From Vicugna vicugna (lineage: Eukaryota), in the NCBI GenBank assembly GCA_013265495.1, contig MU058531.1, positions 550,678-614,677 of the forward strand: DNA of 64,000 bases, given 5' to 3'. Made by a program: the position numbers and the translations under genes. A model generated the notes under the pieces. The model ran no database searches. It had not been told where the DNA came from and was given only the letters and a program-made list of their open reading frames with translations. This document shows, one piece after another, positions 13,444 through 26,564 of this stretch (within the stretch, counting starts at the first letter, position 1; each line of letters starts with the position of its first letter).

Positions 13444-15289
13444 AAGAAAATATTTTTAAGACATAGAAGTTAAATGCTTGGTGGGACCATGTTGCTGCAT
13501 GCAGTGACTTAGTAACACAGGTACTTTGTTCTTGAGTGTCTGCTCACTTGGAATTGTTTAACTTACATTGGGTTCTGTGGCACAGCTAATTTTGATAATT
13601 TAGAAAATGAATACATTCTGCCTACCTTACATCCTATCTCAGATTTTGTTATATAAAGTACATTTGTTCTAGTCAAATTTCATCAACACATTATTAGCTT
13701 GAGCTTGAAATAAGAATATATCCTTATAGTCTTAAAAACATCATTTCAAAAAAATCCCTCTAGGAAAGATCACATTATCATTGAAAGTTAAAATTTCCTT
13801 AGCTCCTACCTCTTTTTCCCCAATGAAACAATAATTTTTATGATGTAATTTTTAATAATGTGATACTATCTAGATGACACCTACCTGCAACTATGGTAAT
13901 GCAGCAGAACAGACAATATTAGTGCGCCCTTTAAATTCCTGTCAGGACTTTGGTAACTCCTTTCCCTCTTTCCCTTTTACTGACATGGCAGGGTAGCTCA
14001 TTCTCTGATAGAGGCTTCAGTATCAAATCACTGGTCTCTGCCCTCGAGTTCTTTGAGGGGAATTTGTTGAGTAGGTTATTCTTATTTATCCAAATAAGAG
14101 TTACTTTCATCAGTTGCAAAATAATTGAGGTCTACTCTGTGAGGACTTGTGCTGGTCCTGTAAGGGGATGGACATTATCAACTAAGATATTCTTGCTTAA
14201 AATTGGTTCCTACTGTCATAGCAGAGAGAAAATCTGAGGGATGGGACTCAGAATATGTTAATTTTTCTGGATGGGGAAATTTGAGACTGTAATATAATCC
14301 TCTAGAGCATCAGCTAGTAAGGGTGGCTGAGGCAGAGGGCAGAGTGAGAGTCGTGGGGATATGAGGAAGGGTAAAGAAGTCAAAATTGAACTCATATCCT
14401 AGTTTGCTTTGGTCTCTCCCCAAATTTTGAGGCTTTAGTATCTTTTATAACAATGAACTAAACTAGGAAAGTCAATCATGTCAGGTTTAGATTTTTCTTT
14501 TTTAATGAACTTGGGATGAGTAATAGTCACTCTCTTTCGAACTCCTGGCACAGTCTCCTGATTATTTCAGCTGACTTAGATTTGTAGCGCATACCTGGAG
14601 TCTGGGAAGCCAGGAGACAGGTTATGTCTCTGTCATCACTGATCTCATCATTCTGGAATGTGATTTCAGCCCTGATGAAATCCAGTTATGAAGACAGAAA
14701 AACACATTTCTCTGATGCTTTCAACTCATTCCCTGTTTCAGGACAGTATTTATTTGTTTCTGTTCTCTTCAATCAGACAAAGTACAGAGAAAAGCTCATA
14801 GGATAAACACAGCACTCTTTTTCTGCTCTACACTGATTCCAATGAAAATTGAACTCCTGATTCTCTGACAAAGAGTATTTCATAGAAATATTGACCATGA
14901 ATCCTATGCAATATATGCTGCTTAAACTAAGCTGCATGCATTTATACTTTTCAAAGTAGCAGAAACTTCACCAACTTTCCTCTACTTCTATGTCACATTA
15001 TGATAATTCAAAAATTTTCCATTTGGAGAATCATCATTTCCAAAATTCTTATTTACCTTGTATTATTCAGAAATCAGAATTAAAATGTCTCTTCATTAAA
15101 GCACCACCAATAATGAATTTGCATCTCAAGGTAGGATTTTCAGTGAACAGAATAGAAATATTTTTCTTTTTTGACAGTTTATGTTACTTTTACTTTAATG
15201 ATTTCATTTGCATTTTAGTGTTTGCCAAGAGAAACATTCTAATATATCTTTAGATAATGCTTTCAGTGACATAGTTACCTGATGTAGCA

Positions 15290-15530
15290 GAAACATGGCT
15301 GAAAGAGCCACTACACTAGATTAGATGTCAGAAAAGGTTATTGAAAAATTTGTCCCTGTTATTTATATACTATATGATCATGGGGAAATTATTTAACCTC
15401 TCAGATTCTCACTTTCCTTTTCTACAAATCGGAGACAGTAATTATGCTCTGTAGGGTCACTGTGAGGATTAGAGATCATCATGCGTACAATGAGAGTAAG
15501 AGCTTGGCATATATTAGATATTGACTAGAA
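15290..15530 (+). mobile_element. MIR SINE
   Basis: 'ggggaaattatttaacctctcagattctcactttccttttctacaaatcggagacagtaat...tgtgaggattagag'. Confidence 0.7.
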
Positions 15531-15561
15531 GACTGTGTTTATACAAAAGCCCTGGGACACG

Positions 15562-16088
15562 TGCATTAGGCAGCCTCAGACATGGGCCCCAGTGGTCCTC
15601 ACTTTCTGGGGCTCATGCTTTTGGGCAACCCCCTCTCCTTGAGTGTGGCCATACTTACTACCCCACTTCTAATGAATAGAATATGGTGTAAGAGATGAAA
15701 TGACACGTGTGAGATTAGGTTATAAAACGACTGCCTTTCATCCTGAGTGTGCTCTCTCTCAGAGTCACATGGGTCACTTGCTTTGGGGGAAGGCAGCTAC
15801 CATGTTGTAGGGCTGCCCTGTGGAGTGGTCCACATGGTGAGTGACCAAAGCTTGCCGCAACCATGGGAGTGAACTTGGAAAGAGTCACTCCCCAGATGAG
15901 TGTTCAGATGAGACCACAGCTCTGGTGGTCAGCTTGAGTGCGCCTCCTGCGAGAGCTTGAGTCAGAAACATCCAGCGAAGCCGTGCCCAGATTTCTGACT
16001 CACAGGAACTGTGAAATAATTAAAGTTTGTTCCTTTAAGCTATTAAATTCTGAGGGGATTTGTTATATGGCAGGAGATAGCAAATACA
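15562..16088 (+). mobile_element. MaLR solo LTR, MLT1F-like
   Basis: 'ccccctctccttgagtgtgg...cttctaatgaatagaatatgg', 'cagatttctgactcacaggaactgtgaaataat...ttgttatatggcaggagatagcaaataca'. Confidence 0.75.
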
Positions 16089-17077
16089 TCATAAAAGGCA
16101 TAACAGCTGAATTTTAGGAAAATAACATTTTCTTCCTTTTTATAGAAATCGGTAAGTTTATATAATAAGTTCACATGTAATTTACCTTTAAACTACACTT
16201 GATGTATTTAGGGTGTAAGGTGGTCGAGGGGAGAGTATAAAGCAGTTTCAGGAGGTAGACTGCAGGTTCTGTCTATCTGACTATAGCCTTGACTCTTAAA
16301 ATGTATCCGAGGAGCACTCATCGGCTTTTGAAATGCTCCACTCCAAGACATGCGGTCACTGTGCTCTCTAAGTCTAGGAAACACCAATGCCTTCTTTCAC
16401 TACTGGAGAGTCACAATGAACACAGTATGTTATAATCTCTAGGAACCTAAGAGATGTTAAGATTTCTAATTCATTAATGGCTTTAAGAGGTTAAAAATCC
16501 CATGGTAGACTTCGGGAAATCATGGGTTACACCGACCGATAAAGTGCTGAAATCCTGGCTTACACCTCACAGCGGCCTGGACCTCACTTACAAACAACTA
16601 CTTTTAGTCTACTTAACCTGCCCCAGTCCCCAGGCCCTGAGGGTTTAACCTTTCCTCAGAGCAAATGTTTTGTCATAAAATAACAAGAAGTCAGTGTTGT
16701 AATCACCAGATGGTAATAGCTAAGTAAATTCTAATCTGACAACAGAGAAGAAATTGTTCCCAGTCTCATTCTGTCCATTCTCATTGTATCATTCTCCTCC
16801 TAACAGCTGAGTTGACTATTGCTGATCCCAATAATTCTCATTTTTTTAGAAGTACTTGTTAACAATGCTTTTTCCACCCCCACAAGAAAGTATACATCTC
16901 AAAATCCTTCCCATCTAAAATTCCTGGTTAAATATAGCTTTAGTTCTCTATGAAGGACTCCCTTTCACTGGGACTTGCATTTCTGCTAAATATTGTCTAA
17001 TGTTTTTGCAACATATTGAAAAATTCTTTGGAAATGTTTGCATATCTCTTTAGTACCATTTGCAGCAGTGCATGGCA

Positions 17078-17091
17078 GTTGCTATGACAAC
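17078..17091. promoter_or_regulatory. RFX X-box motif
   Basis: GTTGCTATGACAAC fits the palindromic X-box consensus GTTGCYATGRCAAC; motif match only. Confidence 0.35.
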
Positions 17092-17499
17092 TACCTTTAA
17101 AATTAAAAAGAGAAATGAAAAGTTTTACATAATTGGAAGGACTTTCTGACACCAAGTTTGAGATGTTAGGATTTTAACATAAATCATCTCTTAGTGTGCA
17201 GGTCTGTTCTTGTTAGGACAAGATTTTAGAAATCATCTTTGGAAATGTTATTGCACCAAATTTTTTTTTCCATGTCAGCTATGCAGATATTGTCAGGAAA
17301 TGTTAACAGAAAGTCTCCAGGTTATAAAGTTTATGAAGTGTGCTTGGTTAGTGAATTCTCCCAAGTGCTAGCAGCAACAACCACAATGGTATTGGCAATC
17401 GCCCAGTGGCTGTGTGCTGTGCACCACTGCAGGCACTGATGTATGTGTATTATAGATATGGAGGGGTTTGTAGGACTGTTGTGAGAAGAAAAGAGTTGT

Positions 17500-17700
17500 G
17501 TAGTTTATATACACAATTAAATTTCTTTCTGACAACAATCCTACTAATTAGCTATTGTAATCCCTATTTCCCCCATAAAAAAACTAAGACTCAGAGAGAT
17601 TTGATAATTTGTTCAGGGTCGTAAAACTGGTGGGTGGCAGAGCCAACATACAAAGTCAACTTTGTTTACTCCAAAAGGTGTGCTTTTAATAGTTATACTA
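17500..17700 (-). mobile_element. MIR SINE
   Basis: 'aaaactaagactcagagagatttgataatttgttcagggtcgtaaaactggtgggtggcagagcca'. Confidence 0.65.
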
Positions 17701-17864
17701 CTTTATAAAGTGTATATACTTTACTTTTTAATTTACCCCTCCTTATAATTCGTACACAAGGGGTTCTTGACCTGATGACAATGCAGGAATGATCAAGGAA
17801 GAGGCTCTCAGAGGCAATACAAAGATCCTTTCTCACATTCCTTTGGCCTGATGCAGGCCATGAG

Positions 17865-18632
17865 GGAAATGTGAATCAAAACCACAATGAGACACCACTT
17901 TACACTAGCATTGTTATAATCAAAGAAACAGAAAATTACATGTATTGGTGAAGATGTGGAAGAATTGGAACCCTTGTACGCTGTTGGTGGGAAGGTAAAT
18001 GGTAAAGGAAAGTGTTTGGCAAATCTTCAAAAAGCTCAATATAGAATTACCATATGACAGAGCAATTCCACTCCTAGGTATATAGCCAAAAGACCTGAAA
18101 TCAGGAACTCAATAAACAGATGCTTATAGACAAGTACTCATTGTAACATTATCACAAAAGCTAAAAGGCGAAAGCAACTGAAATGTCAGTCAACAGATAA
18201 GTGGATGGGAAAAACACAGAATACGCATACAATAAAATATTATTCAGCTATAAATAGGATTGAAGTTCTGACACACATTACAGCATGAATGAACCTTGAA
18301 ATTATTATGCTAAGTGAAATACGACAGACACAAAAAGGACAAATATTGTATGATTCCATTATACGAAGGATCTAGAATACACAGACTCATAAGAGACAGG
18401 AAGTAGATTAGAGGTGACCAGGGCTGAGGGGAAGGGGAAGTGAGAACTGTTTCCTAGTGGTTAAACAGAAAGAGTTTCTGTTTAGAGTAATGAAAAAAAT
18501 TTGAAAATAGGTAAGTGGTTGGTGATGGTTGCATAGTATTGTGAATGTAATTAATGTCACTAGATCATACACTTCAAAATGGATAAAGTGGCAAATTTTA
18601 TGTTCTATATATTTTTATCCACAATAAAAAAA
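17865..18632 (+). mobile_element. L1MB-like ORF2 C-terminus and 3' UTR
   Basis: 'aatcaaaaccacaatgagacaccacttt', 'agcaattccactcctaggtatata', 'gaaccttgaaattattatgctaagtgaaat', ends 'acaataaaaaaa'. Confidence 0.85.
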
Positions 18633-18960
18633 GTGTTCTAATTGTCTTTACTGTAACTACTAACTAACCTTCCCTCAGCTGCCCGCCTCCTGCTACTCAG
18701 TTCTAGTTTTAGTTTTGGAGGGATTTGCTGTTGTTGCTTTAGCTACTTAGTCTGTCCAGAAAAGTTCCCTCAGAGGGCTAAAATGTTATATGTGGATTTA
18801 AGAATTTTAGAACAGGGATGAATTTAGAGTTTTGTTTTGTTTTTTTGACCACTCCATCCCTGTTTTTTTTTTTCTAAGTTTAGATCCTCAAGGATGGAAA
18901 TTAATTCATATATTTGCAGCTGCTACCACAATGCCTGACACACAGCACTTGACAAAGTTT

Positions 18961-19160
18961 TTTTTGTGTGCTTTTTTTTTTATTTTTAATTTTTGTAGGG
19001 CATTTGGACTTTTTTTCTTTTGCTAAATTTTTAAAAATTTTTTGTGGTGGGGGAGGTGATTGGATTTATTTATTTACTTTCTGAGGAGATACTAGGGATT
19101 GAACCCAGGACCTTGTGCATGCTAAGCATGCACTTTACCACTTGAGCTATATCCTCCCCT
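18961..19160 (-). mobile_element. tRNA-Ala-derived camelid SINE (vic-1-like) with long tail
   Basis: tRNA-like head at ~19085-19160; 17-bp TSD agcact(t/g)gacaaagttt at 18944-18960 and 19161-19177. Confidence 0.93.
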
Positions 19161-19733
19161 AGCACTGGACAAAGTTTAATCCGAATAAGTGAAAGAAAGG
19201 AAGGAAGGAAGCAAAACGAAACCCAGAGTAGTACACTGCAGTTCATTTTATTCCTTAATCCTTCCATTCATTCAGATAAAATTTGTTGCTGCCTGCTTGC
19301 TGTTATGGATACAGATGCTGATAAGGTGGCCTTTACCCCTGAGGAACACAGACTCAATGGTGGGAGACAGATACAGAGGAATATTTCCAGCACAATGGAG
19401 AGTTTGGCAGCATGTACAGGTAGGGGTGACACAGCTAGCCAGTGGGAGGACCAGACTAGAGGCTCTTGATTCCTATTCTAGCTTTATTCCTGTACCACTT
19501 GAAAAAAAAAGATTGAATAACACAAGTTATACCAATAACCTCTCTCCATGAAGGACTGGAAATAGGCTAAAAAAAAAGGTTACTCTGGTCTCTAACATTG
19601 AAGGGACTTTTGAAATTGCGTGACTTGTGTTGGATCAGGCCACTTCATTATTAGGTGGCGGATGCTGTACCTGACTATGGTAGGCTATAGGAAGTGTTTG
19701 GAGATTAAATGAGGACTCAGGAGGCTCAGCGTA

Positions 19734-20049
19734 TGTTATGAACTAAACGTCTGTGCTCCCCAAAATACATGTGTTGAAGCCCTAACCCCTAATATGATGG
19801 TATTTAGAGATGGGACCTTTGGGAGATCATTAGGTTTAGATGAGCTCATGTGGCCCCACGATGATACTAGGGTCCTGATAAGAAGAGGAAGAGAGCTTGC
19901 TCTCATTGTATCATGTGAGAACACAGCAAGAAGACAGCCATCTGCAAGCCAGGAAGAGGGACCTCACCAGGAACGCAGTCAGCCAGCACTTTGATCATGG
20001 ATTTCCCAGCCTCCATAGCACTTTGTTGTAGCAGCCTGAGCTAAGAGCA
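19734..20049 (+). mobile_element. MaLR solo LTR, MLT1A/MLT1A0-like
   Basis: 'tgttatgaactaaacgtctgtgctccccaaaatacatgtgttgaagccctaacccc...ttgttgtagcagcctgagctaagagca'. Confidence 0.85.
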
Positions 20050-21899
20050 TATACATGACATGGGAGGCTATAGGTTTCTGGAGAGGTGGTGGGACTGGTT
20101 TGTCTGTCCTGGGTTGGGGCAGAGTGGGAGAAATAAAATGCCTCTCCTCATGAGTGTCAATTCAGCAGCTCAGAAGGCCAGCCAGCTTCAGGCCCTGTGG
20201 TAGGAAGGGGACAGCCAGGTAGGTCTAGGGTAATGAATGCAAGGTGGAAATTCAAAGCCAGCAGTTTACAAAACAAGAACTGATACGGTCCAAAATTAAA
20301 AAAAAAAAAAAAAGAGGTGAGAGGAAAAAAAGGGGAGGATGAAAATAAGATGAAATACAGGCAGCAGACAGGAAGCAGATGGGCATATTTCAGAGGCCAA
20401 ACTTATACCTACACCATATAGGCTGAGCAGTTCCCTTTAAGGGGACTGAAATGGGTTATTCTGTAGTACAGCCATCTTCTCACATTGATTTCACTTGCTT
20501 GGCTCTCCCACCAAGAATGAGCCTGGTTCCCTTGGGCAGAGCCATCATGAGTCTATGTGATTTTCAAATTGGCACAATGGTCAAAAGTCTGCTTCTTCAG
20601 GAGCCTGGGAGGAGGTTTGTGAACATTACAAGGATGCTCAGCTACAACCCTGACTCTAAAGAAGGAAGAAACCAAAGACACAGTCATGAGTCATCCTTCA
20701 TTGACTGCCAGTGGAATATGATTTGAATTACTTTGTTCCTTTTTCCTCAATGGTTCATATAGTTTGGTATAGGCCAGGCCCTAGAGAAACAGATAAAAAT
20801 TTCCTCTAATTCACCCAATTGTATCATTGGAAGCATTTGTATTATCCTGAAAACCTTTAGCTAGATCAAATCTGATTATCAATTTATGCATGAACGCTGA
20901 CAATCCTTTGAATGTCATTGACATTGCTACGTTTTAAAATTGACAAATGCTTGGAAGTCAAAATTGCAAACTATACACACTGCTTGCAATTTTATGTTCT
21001 TTGCCAATTGTCATCATGCATATTTCTGGAAATCTGAGGCATCCCAATTTAGAAGCTCATTTTTCTTTCATCCTCCTTAGTATTCCAACCTTGCTTCAAA
21101 CCAGGCTCTGTCTTCCAAAGAAAAGCTGCAAAGAGATCACTCATATTCAATTTTTTCCTTTTGGTTAATTCAGAGTGTCTGAACTGTTTATTTTGCGTTG
21201 CATGTTAGGTAAGGGATTGCTCTTTCTAGCTTTGGTTGAAAAAAAAAAAAGCCCCAGTTGAGTACTTAGAAAACACTTTCTTCTCCACATCAGCTCTGGG
21301 TAAATTACTTACCTCTCTGAATTTCAGTCTTTATTGGCAAAATGGGAGTGATAATTCTTGCTCTACCTACATTGCTAGGCTATTGAGATGATTAAATGAG
21401 GATACCGGATATGAACAAGGCCACATAAAGAACACAGCACAACTCCAAGAATGCATAATACAAAAACCAGACAAGAGTCCCAGAAGCTTAGTTATTTAAT
21501 TAACTGCCTTTTCAAACAAAGAGCAAGTTGGAATCTTTCTGGAGCAGCTTTCACTCCAGCCACTAAGTCACACACTTGAGCAAAGCAGTATAAGCTCAGC
21601 AACAAAGTAAGTGAAACCCGCACCTGGAGAGGACTTCCCTGCGAATGCCAGGAGATGAGAAAGAAGACCGAAAGAGCTTAATGTAGCTCCCAACGGATAG
21701 TGAGGGTTTACACCAAGAAACAGCAGCCCCACCCAAGAGAGAAATACTCCAGAATTCTCTATGCTAGAGGGCAAAGTCCTTCTTACTTAGAAAATTGAAG
21801 GGGTCTGACACTTAACTCTCTGCTTGCTCTCCCTTGAGTGGAACCAGACTTTCTGATTTTCCCTTATAGAGGAGAGACAACTGTTGGGGAAACCGACTT

Positions 21900-24240
21900 A
21901 TTCAAACACTGAGGAAATCTGCACAGTCTCTTTCTAATTACCTAGGTGCTAAATTAATTCATGTGTACAGATGAGAGGAATAATCAGACAACTGCAAGGA
22001 GAAAACAGGTCAAAGGGAAGGGTTTTGTTCAATTAACAGAACTGATACCAGAAGAACTAGAGATAATTTCGCAAATAGAAAAGAACGTAAAAATAATTTT
22101 TATGTCTCAGAGAAATTTTAAGATATATTACAGTCATAATATGAAACTATACTGAGAAGCAAATTAAGCTATTAAAGACTAAGATAGCATCTTGGAAATT
22201 AAAAACATAATTCCCTAAAATGTAGAAGGTCTAGAGTCATGGCTGAAGACAAAAACTTGGATCTGGAAAATAAAGGCAGTTCATCTCCTAGAAGATATTG
22301 CAAGTAGACAAGACTATGAGAAAATAATGGAGAAAATTAAGAGATGTGGAAAATTATTCCAGAGGTCCAATATTTATCTAAAGAAGATCCAAAAGCACAG
22401 GCATTACAAAGTGAAGATAGGAAGAATACTTTTAAAAAGCTGATTATTTTTTTCAACCTAAGGATGGTCACAGGCGGAAAGCTCTTGTCAAGTGCCAAAA
22501 TGGGACAAATGGGGTAATCATACAGATGAAAGATGATAGACAGACATTCTGAAAAAAACTCAAATACTCAAAAATAAAAAGAATATTTTGAAATATTTGA
22601 GAAGAAAGAAAAGTAGCTTCTTTACAAAAGAACGAGAATCAGATAAATACTAAATTCCTCACAGGAATAGAAGATAGTGAAAAAGTAGCTTCAGAGTTCT
22701 AAGAGAAAATGAGTTTAAATTTAGTTTTACACCCAGCCCCACCAGCATTCAAATGTGAGGGCAAAGGAAAGATATAAATTTGTAAAGCTGACCATCCACC
22801 AGACTTTGCTAAAGAATTGCTTACAATATATTGTAGCAAAATTAAAAAATGAATGTAAGAACAAGGGAGGCAAGAAACAGTAGTGAGCAAAGAAACCAGT
22901 GGAATGTATAGTAAATCCTAAGCAAGCATTAAAACATAACATAAAAGCAAACAAACACCTGGAATAAAATAGCAGCTCATCTTAGTGTACCAGGTGGGGA
23001 GGAGAAAGAATGGCTGGGTGGAAAGGTAAGGTAGATAAAAGATAAAATGAGGAAGAAATGACAGCATAAGTTTGTAGAGGTACTCACTACCCGTAGATAT
23101 GGATAGGGAAATATAAGTTTACATATGTTGTGTTAAAATGTAAGAGTAGCCATTAAAAAAAAAGAAAGAAAAAGATTGAAAACTTCCAAGTCACTAAAGA
23201 GAAAACCAAAATAAAGATAATTCAATCAATCTAACAAAAGATAAACAAGAAACTAAAATGATAAAAAAGCAAACAGAAATTACAATATAAAATGGAAAGT
23301 GTAACTCTGTTTTAGGAATCCCAGTAGTATTCATGAATTAAAATCTACTATTAAAAGGTTGACAAACTTCGATTACCACTAAGAAAATCTTATCTTATTC
23401 TTTTAATAAGAACTATACCTTAAAAATTACAGAGAAAGGTAAGATGGGCAGTGGGGTGAAAGATGTAATAAGCCTTTGAAAATCACAAAAACTAGGAGTG
23501 GCAGTATTAATATCAAACATAAAGGTCAAGGCCCAAAAATAACTGAACCGGATAAGGAAAAGACATTTCATATTGATGAAAGGCATAATCCACCTAGAAA
23601 ATACAACGTAAACCTTTATTTTTGTACAACATGGTTTCAAATGCATGAAGCAAAAAATTATTATAAAAGTGTGGTCCTAAAAATGGACAAAAATCCACAA
23701 ACTTAGTGGAGATTTTACAGGCCTCTCTCAGAAATGGAAAGGTCAGTTAGAAGACACAGTACAAGGGCCTAGAGCTGTGATGTCCAACACAGCAGCCATG
23801 ATTGAGCACATGCAGTACTGAGCACTTAACAGTTGATCAATTCAATCTGAGATGTGCTGTAAGTATAAAACACATGCCTGAATTTTTAAGATAGTACAGA
23901 AGGAAAAAAATGTAAAATATCTTATTATTAATTTTATATTGATTGAATATTGAACGGATAATTTTTGGCTATACTGGGTAAAATATATTATAAAAATCAA
24001 TTTCACCAATTTTTTTAATGTGGCTACTAGAAATTTTAAAATTACATGCATGACTCACACTATATTTCTATTGGACAGTGTTGGTGCAGAAGATTTGAGT
24101 AACACAAAATATAAGCTTCTTATAATAGATCTATCCAATTGTATTATCAACTTGGTATCTCCAAAATAGATAATTCTATTCTAATCCCCATGAAAATTTA
24201 CAGAAATATATGAAATATTAGGTCTCTTGCAACATTATTA
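21900..24240 (+). mobile_element. Very old L1 (ORF1 region to ORF2 endonuclease remnant), interrupted by MER33
   Basis: A-rich sense strand; 'aaaactaggagtggcagtattaatatcaaac' encodes a GVAVLIS-type APE endonuclease motif near 23495. Confidence 0.6.
23770..24083. mobile_element. MER33-like hAT-Charlie MITE
   Basis: 'ctgagatgtgctgtaagtataaaacaca', 'aatgtggctactagaaattttaaaattacatg...tttctattggacagtgttg'. Confidence 0.8.
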
Positions 24241-24699
24241 TATATTCTTCCAAAAGACAACATCAAAGATAACACCAAAGACAGAACAAATGAAACAAGA
24301 AAAAAATCAAATATGTTCCCCAGGCATTATTATTAACCTAAATAATCCTTGTGTTAATACACTGGAGACACACATGGACAAAGAGTGACCATGAAATACC
24401 CACACATCCAGTCTAGCACTGATTCTTTACAAGCACCTTGGAAATTTTTAGTTTCAAGTCCCTTGGTGATAGTGAGAGCAGCGTGCACACGCTTGCAGGA
24501 AGAAGAAGGTATGTGGGCCATTGCATGGGATTGAGTCCTCCTCTTCTCTCCAAACAGGCCTATGCTGACAACATAGCACTTACCTGTCACCACAAATGCC
24601 CTATTCTATTCATCTGTCATTCAGAGCCAAGGTCATTGAGCATGAGCTCTGAGCTACATCAAAATGAGGTAAGACAGTTTGGGGCAACATTCAACAACA

Positions 24700-24900
24700 T
24701 GCATTTTGGCATCAGATAAATTTGGGTTTGAAATCTAGCTCTGCCAGTTATTGGGCTTGGGCAATTTCCTTAATCTCTGTGAGCTATGTCCTCAACTGTG
24801 AAGTGAGTCGAATAAAAGCAAATTAGATATAATCCATGTAAAATGGGCAGCATAGACCTGGCATAGACCAGCAATTAAAAAGTTTGTGATTAATATCATT
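24700..24900 (+). mobile_element. MIR SINE
   Basis: 'tgggtttgaaatctagctctgccagtta...gggcaatttccttaatctctgtgagct'. Confidence 0.65.
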
Positions 24901-25741
24901 GTTATTTTAGGAATCAGCTAAAATAAAGGGCCAGGGGAATTCTAGTTAGAAGGAACAGAAGGAGGAAAGACATGAAGCAAGAGACAAAATAGTCTGGAGG
25001 AAATAGAAGCAATTTGATCTACTGAACGGCAAGGAGAGGCAGAGAAGAACCTGCTGAGATAGGCAATGGCCATGTCTTGGAAAACCTTTAGATGGCACGT
25101 CAAAGAGCTCACAGTTCATGAAGTCATGGGTAGTTTGGGGAAGGTTGTCTTGACAAGAAAAACCTTTGGAATCTATAATGCCAAGAGCAGGCATATTTTA
25201 GATAGATGACTCTTCATGGGGTGGTAAATGGATTGCAGTGGGTCAAAACCCCACATACATATATACATAGATGTATGTATACATATATATACACCCATAC
25301 ACACATATATGATACATTTAGTGAAAGTTTGTGATTAATTATGACTGGGGAGGAAGAATAAAGTAGATCAAAGATCAAGTTATCACCAAAGTGATAACCA
25401 GGACAATGGTTATACCTACAATAGAGATAAAGAACACATAAGGGAAAGCAAAATTACAAGAGAAGAGGATGAGCTCAAGTTTGGATGTGCTGAGTTTCAA
25501 GTGTTCATGGAACATCTAACTAGAGAAGGCTAGCAGGCACTTGTTAAGTAAGAGTCAAAGTCAAGGGAGGGCTGGAAGTATTGGCTTGTGAGTCAGTGGT
25601 ACACTTGGGAGCACAAACATTAAGGGGACAGTCAAAGGAAGAAATGACTGTTAAAGAGGCTAAGAAAGTACAATCAGGATAAGATAAGAACTGGAGAGTC
25701 TGAAGCAACAGAAGGTATAGGAAAAGTGTATCAAAAATCAG

Positions 25742-25809
25742 TACTGAACACTGGAATTTGACACAACACTGTAAAATGATTATGAATCAATAAAAATGTT
25801 AAAAAAAAA
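25742..25809 (+). mobile_element. Severely 5'-truncated camelid-type L1 3' tip
   Basis: 'ctggaatttgacacaacactgtaaaatgattatgaatcaataaaaatgttaaaaaaaaa'; 9-bp TSD aaaaatcag at 25733-25741 and 25805-25813. Confidence 0.8.
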
Positions 25810-26564
25810 TCAGAATTGTCTGTAAGGTGAAAGACAACAAAAAAGTCCATCAGGACAAGAACTGAAGTATCCTCTCCTTGAAGAAAATTTTAAGCCACTA
25901 GATCATAAGTTTGAAGAAAGAATCAGAGCATGAATGAAATCACAACATATGTAATAAAAAGTAAGAAAAGCAGTGGCTAGACTGGAAGTTAAAGTGAGAA
26001 GATTTTTTTAATTGATTAAAATTTACAGCCTGCTGTACATCTGAAGTTGGATGTTCCATTCTACAGGCACAGCAGAAGTAACGTGTGCAAACCTCAACTC
26101 ATCTTCATCCAACATTTTTTGTTAAATGAGACTTCAGTCTCTTTGCAGAGTGAGGGAAAGGAGACAGTAAAGACAATGACGTTGAACATACAGGTAAGAG
26201 AGCAGATAACTAACAGACAACTATACCAGAAATGATGGGGAGGTTGGTACCAAGATCATACTGAAGACAGTTTGTCTTACAACAGGTGAAGAAAAACTCC
26301 ATCCTTTCTGGAGGCAGGAGGTGATGTTGGCAATTGTTGCAGGGTGACGTGTGTTTTGATAGTTTTTAGAAAAGTCACACTCTGTTATCTTTTGAGAGTG
26401 AGGGTGTGGGGCTGGATGGGGAGGTTTGAGGAAAGTGAGAATTTAAAATTATTTCGGATGTGGTCAGAGGAAGGAGAAGACTAAGCCAAAGTGAAAGACA
26501 TATTTATTGGGGTCTGTCAGGTGTAGAATTTTCCTCAGTAACACTCAGTAGCCTGAGTGGAATT

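Noticed and set aside
14595..14671. Possible 77-nt minus-strand exon (AG...GTATGC; AEITFQNDEISDDRDITCLLASQTP)
   Set aside because: Weak polypyrimidine tract, unrecognised peptide and no partner exons
19085..19160. tRNA-Ala genes here and at ~13365-13440 and ~51015-51090
   Set aside because: Mismatched stems, A-rich tails and (for two copies) clear TSDs show these are SINE heads
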